Positions 52,101-52,655 of a stretch of 52,655 bases of DNA are shown here, piece after piece. The stretch comes from an uncultured Flavobacterium sp. (GTDB lineage Bacteria > Bacteroidota > Bacteroidia > Flavobacteriales > Flavobacteriaceae): contig CAZSDN010000004.1 in the NCBI GenBank assembly GCA_964605595.1, positions 7,094 to 59,748 of the forward strand, given 5' to 3'. A program made the position numbers and the translations under genes. Under the pieces are notes generated by a model. It was not told the origin of the DNA. It ran no database searches and was given only the letters and a program-made list of their open reading frames with translations. Every line of letters begins with the position of its first letter. Position 1 is the first letter of the stretch.

Positions 52101-52655
52101 TAATAAATTTAAGTGCAACCAGTGGCAACCCGCTGACTGATTTTACTTGGTCAGGGCCAGGTTTAACAGGGCAAGTACCGGGTAAAGACGTTACTGTTAC
52201 ATCGCCGCCAACAGTTCCGGGAGATTATGTATATGAAGTATCTGGATCTATTGCAGGTTCAGCATGTACATCAGATACGGTTACGGTCAAGGTGCTTCCT
52301 TTGCCCAGTGTAGCATTTTCATCTCCGGTAAATCCATCTACGACGATATGTTCAGGTAATGGGATAACGGTTGGATTTGTTGGAACGCCAAATGCTTTCG
52401 TTACCTATTCATATAATGAAGAAGGAATAACAGGACAAAATGTAATACAACTGGATGCTGCAGGAAATTATACATTTTCTACACCTTTGTTGACTCAATA
52501 TGCCGTATATGAATTAGTGCAGATTGTGAGTGATACTGCTCCTGCATGTACCATTCCTTTTCCTCCGGGAATGGAAAGAGAGATTTTTATTGATCTTCCG
52601 AGCGCTTCTATCACTGGTATTGTAGATGCTTCTTTGTGTAGTGGCGACGGTACAT
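49181..52655 (+). CDS. Very large secreted adhesin-like protein (SprB-like repeats; probable T9SS cargo), truncated by the window end and absent from the ORF track
   Basis: Hand translation from ATG 49181: MKYKFLLVSLIVLFFNNLSS-QNLITNGDFESG...GNDFAVDDFSL, then Thr/Cys-rich Ig-like repeats (TVCMG..PQVVFTATGGIPPYTFTY), a DDTWS..LPFKFSFYG..VGANGLLTF domain, and the same frame still reading LPSASITGIVDASLCSGDGT at the end. No stop in the segments I translated; its absence from the track fits an ORF with no stop in the window. Confidence 0.9.
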   Translation, partial: MKYKFLLVSLIVLFFNNLSSQNLITNGDFESGGNGTGFNINGAGYTGLTPPYSGTTVPGNYAFDTNPQLVNTTKFLSGGDHTTGTGKMMIIDGNDTPGNQRFWRAGTDDNGICGLSVGSYYEFTYWIKSISNDVTNSGTRANIHLLFTGVTESQFVEGHTQAPFPASGWRKISYRFKAVDPCVTIELWNANFGSLGNDFAVDDFSLNRLPEATATGDATVCMGTASPQVVFTATGGIPPYTFTYTLNGGPETTVTPPTGNTVTITVPTTSEGVFEYKLVKIAYDGFEREIEETATVNVRDLTATISGDITICAGYSPVLTFTGSPNATVNFTSDDGTPYSVKLDDAGSATFVTPIITLTTIFTLTDVTDGSCTVPLSGFVEIDIQTAGCGFNIVPSAANLLPSFLVYASIVKPESICSGFNTSTNLNVLYQKLRNTVSNIPAVPDYTVSQLPSYQATFGILGGEILSITSDDTWSPVQNLPFKFSFYGPTYQKLLVGANGLLTFNLSPNNIGGGLPNGNEMAGGLGTLADTDPTGPNAGTEGCAFLIGGQLNATGNNAIYEKNAIFGVWQDIDPNPANIINATNQNINYYVSGDAPNRSFILNTTDIPLWANGNGSSAGNPGLQTYQIVIYETSNFIDVNVKRRTAGTQWSGNGLIGIINQNGSKGLAAPGRNTGNWSILTPTSYRFKPNGQFLPVKIEWFAGNSPTPFNVQNITDGSDPQEVELTPGAKDSFYRVVLTYTNPDLTTTKLYDYVTIQAQPELPVLDPQDIVLCTNDVGPNFTFPSINQDSHILSANGGLNPSHYSITYHPTEFDATYDADFIDPADLTNYVVPGSEMEGDLKKTIYVRIKDLFNSTACSNVRSFNLDIRTAQGQISYASPTYCMDTATPEPVERSPDLTPGGKFISSSPTDLVINEDTGEIILDQSAPGTYTVIYRVEAVDNCPAFETPPVTIEIEACCSVTALAVVPVCSGSVINLSATSGNPLTDFTWSGPGLTGQVPGKDVTVTSPPTVPGDYVYEVSGSIAGSACTSDTVTVKVLPLPSVAFSSPVNPSTTICSGNGITVGFVGTPNAFVTYSYNEEGITGQNVIQLDAAGNYTFSTPLLTQYAVYELVQIVSDTAPACTIPFPPGMEREIFIDLPSASITGIVDASLCSGDGT

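Overview
This is an AT-rich chromosomal window from a Bacteroidota organism, very likely Flavobacterium. The assignment rests on TAnnTTTG -7 promoters, A-rich leaders without obvious Shine-Dalgarno sites, T9SS cargo genes and a fused secDF. Most of it is core genome: purA, fur, rel, asnB, gyrB, mdh, secDF, lgt, yidD, cysS and folE. It also holds (i) an RDD/SpoIIM/DUF4129/DUF4350/MoxR/DUF58 membrane cluster followed by an uncharacterised His-motif membrane protein; (ii) a mixed-orientation glycan locus (FemAB-like GNAT, fdtB, wzx, fdtA, four glycosyltransferases, FkbM-like methyltransferase); (iii) an FtsE-like ATPase divergent from a 1005-aa TPR protein and a beta-barrel; (iv) a GreA-like gene directly behind a terminator; (v) a structured Flavo-1-like RNA element between fur and purA; and (vi) a >1158-codon secreted adhesin-like ORF (49181 to the window end) that the supplied ORF track omits. 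I saw no CRISPR array, tRNA/rRNA, transposase, integrase or prophage. All family calls come from motif recognition by eye; no searches were run. No clear-cut novel system is proven, and the best candidates are listed as hypotheses.
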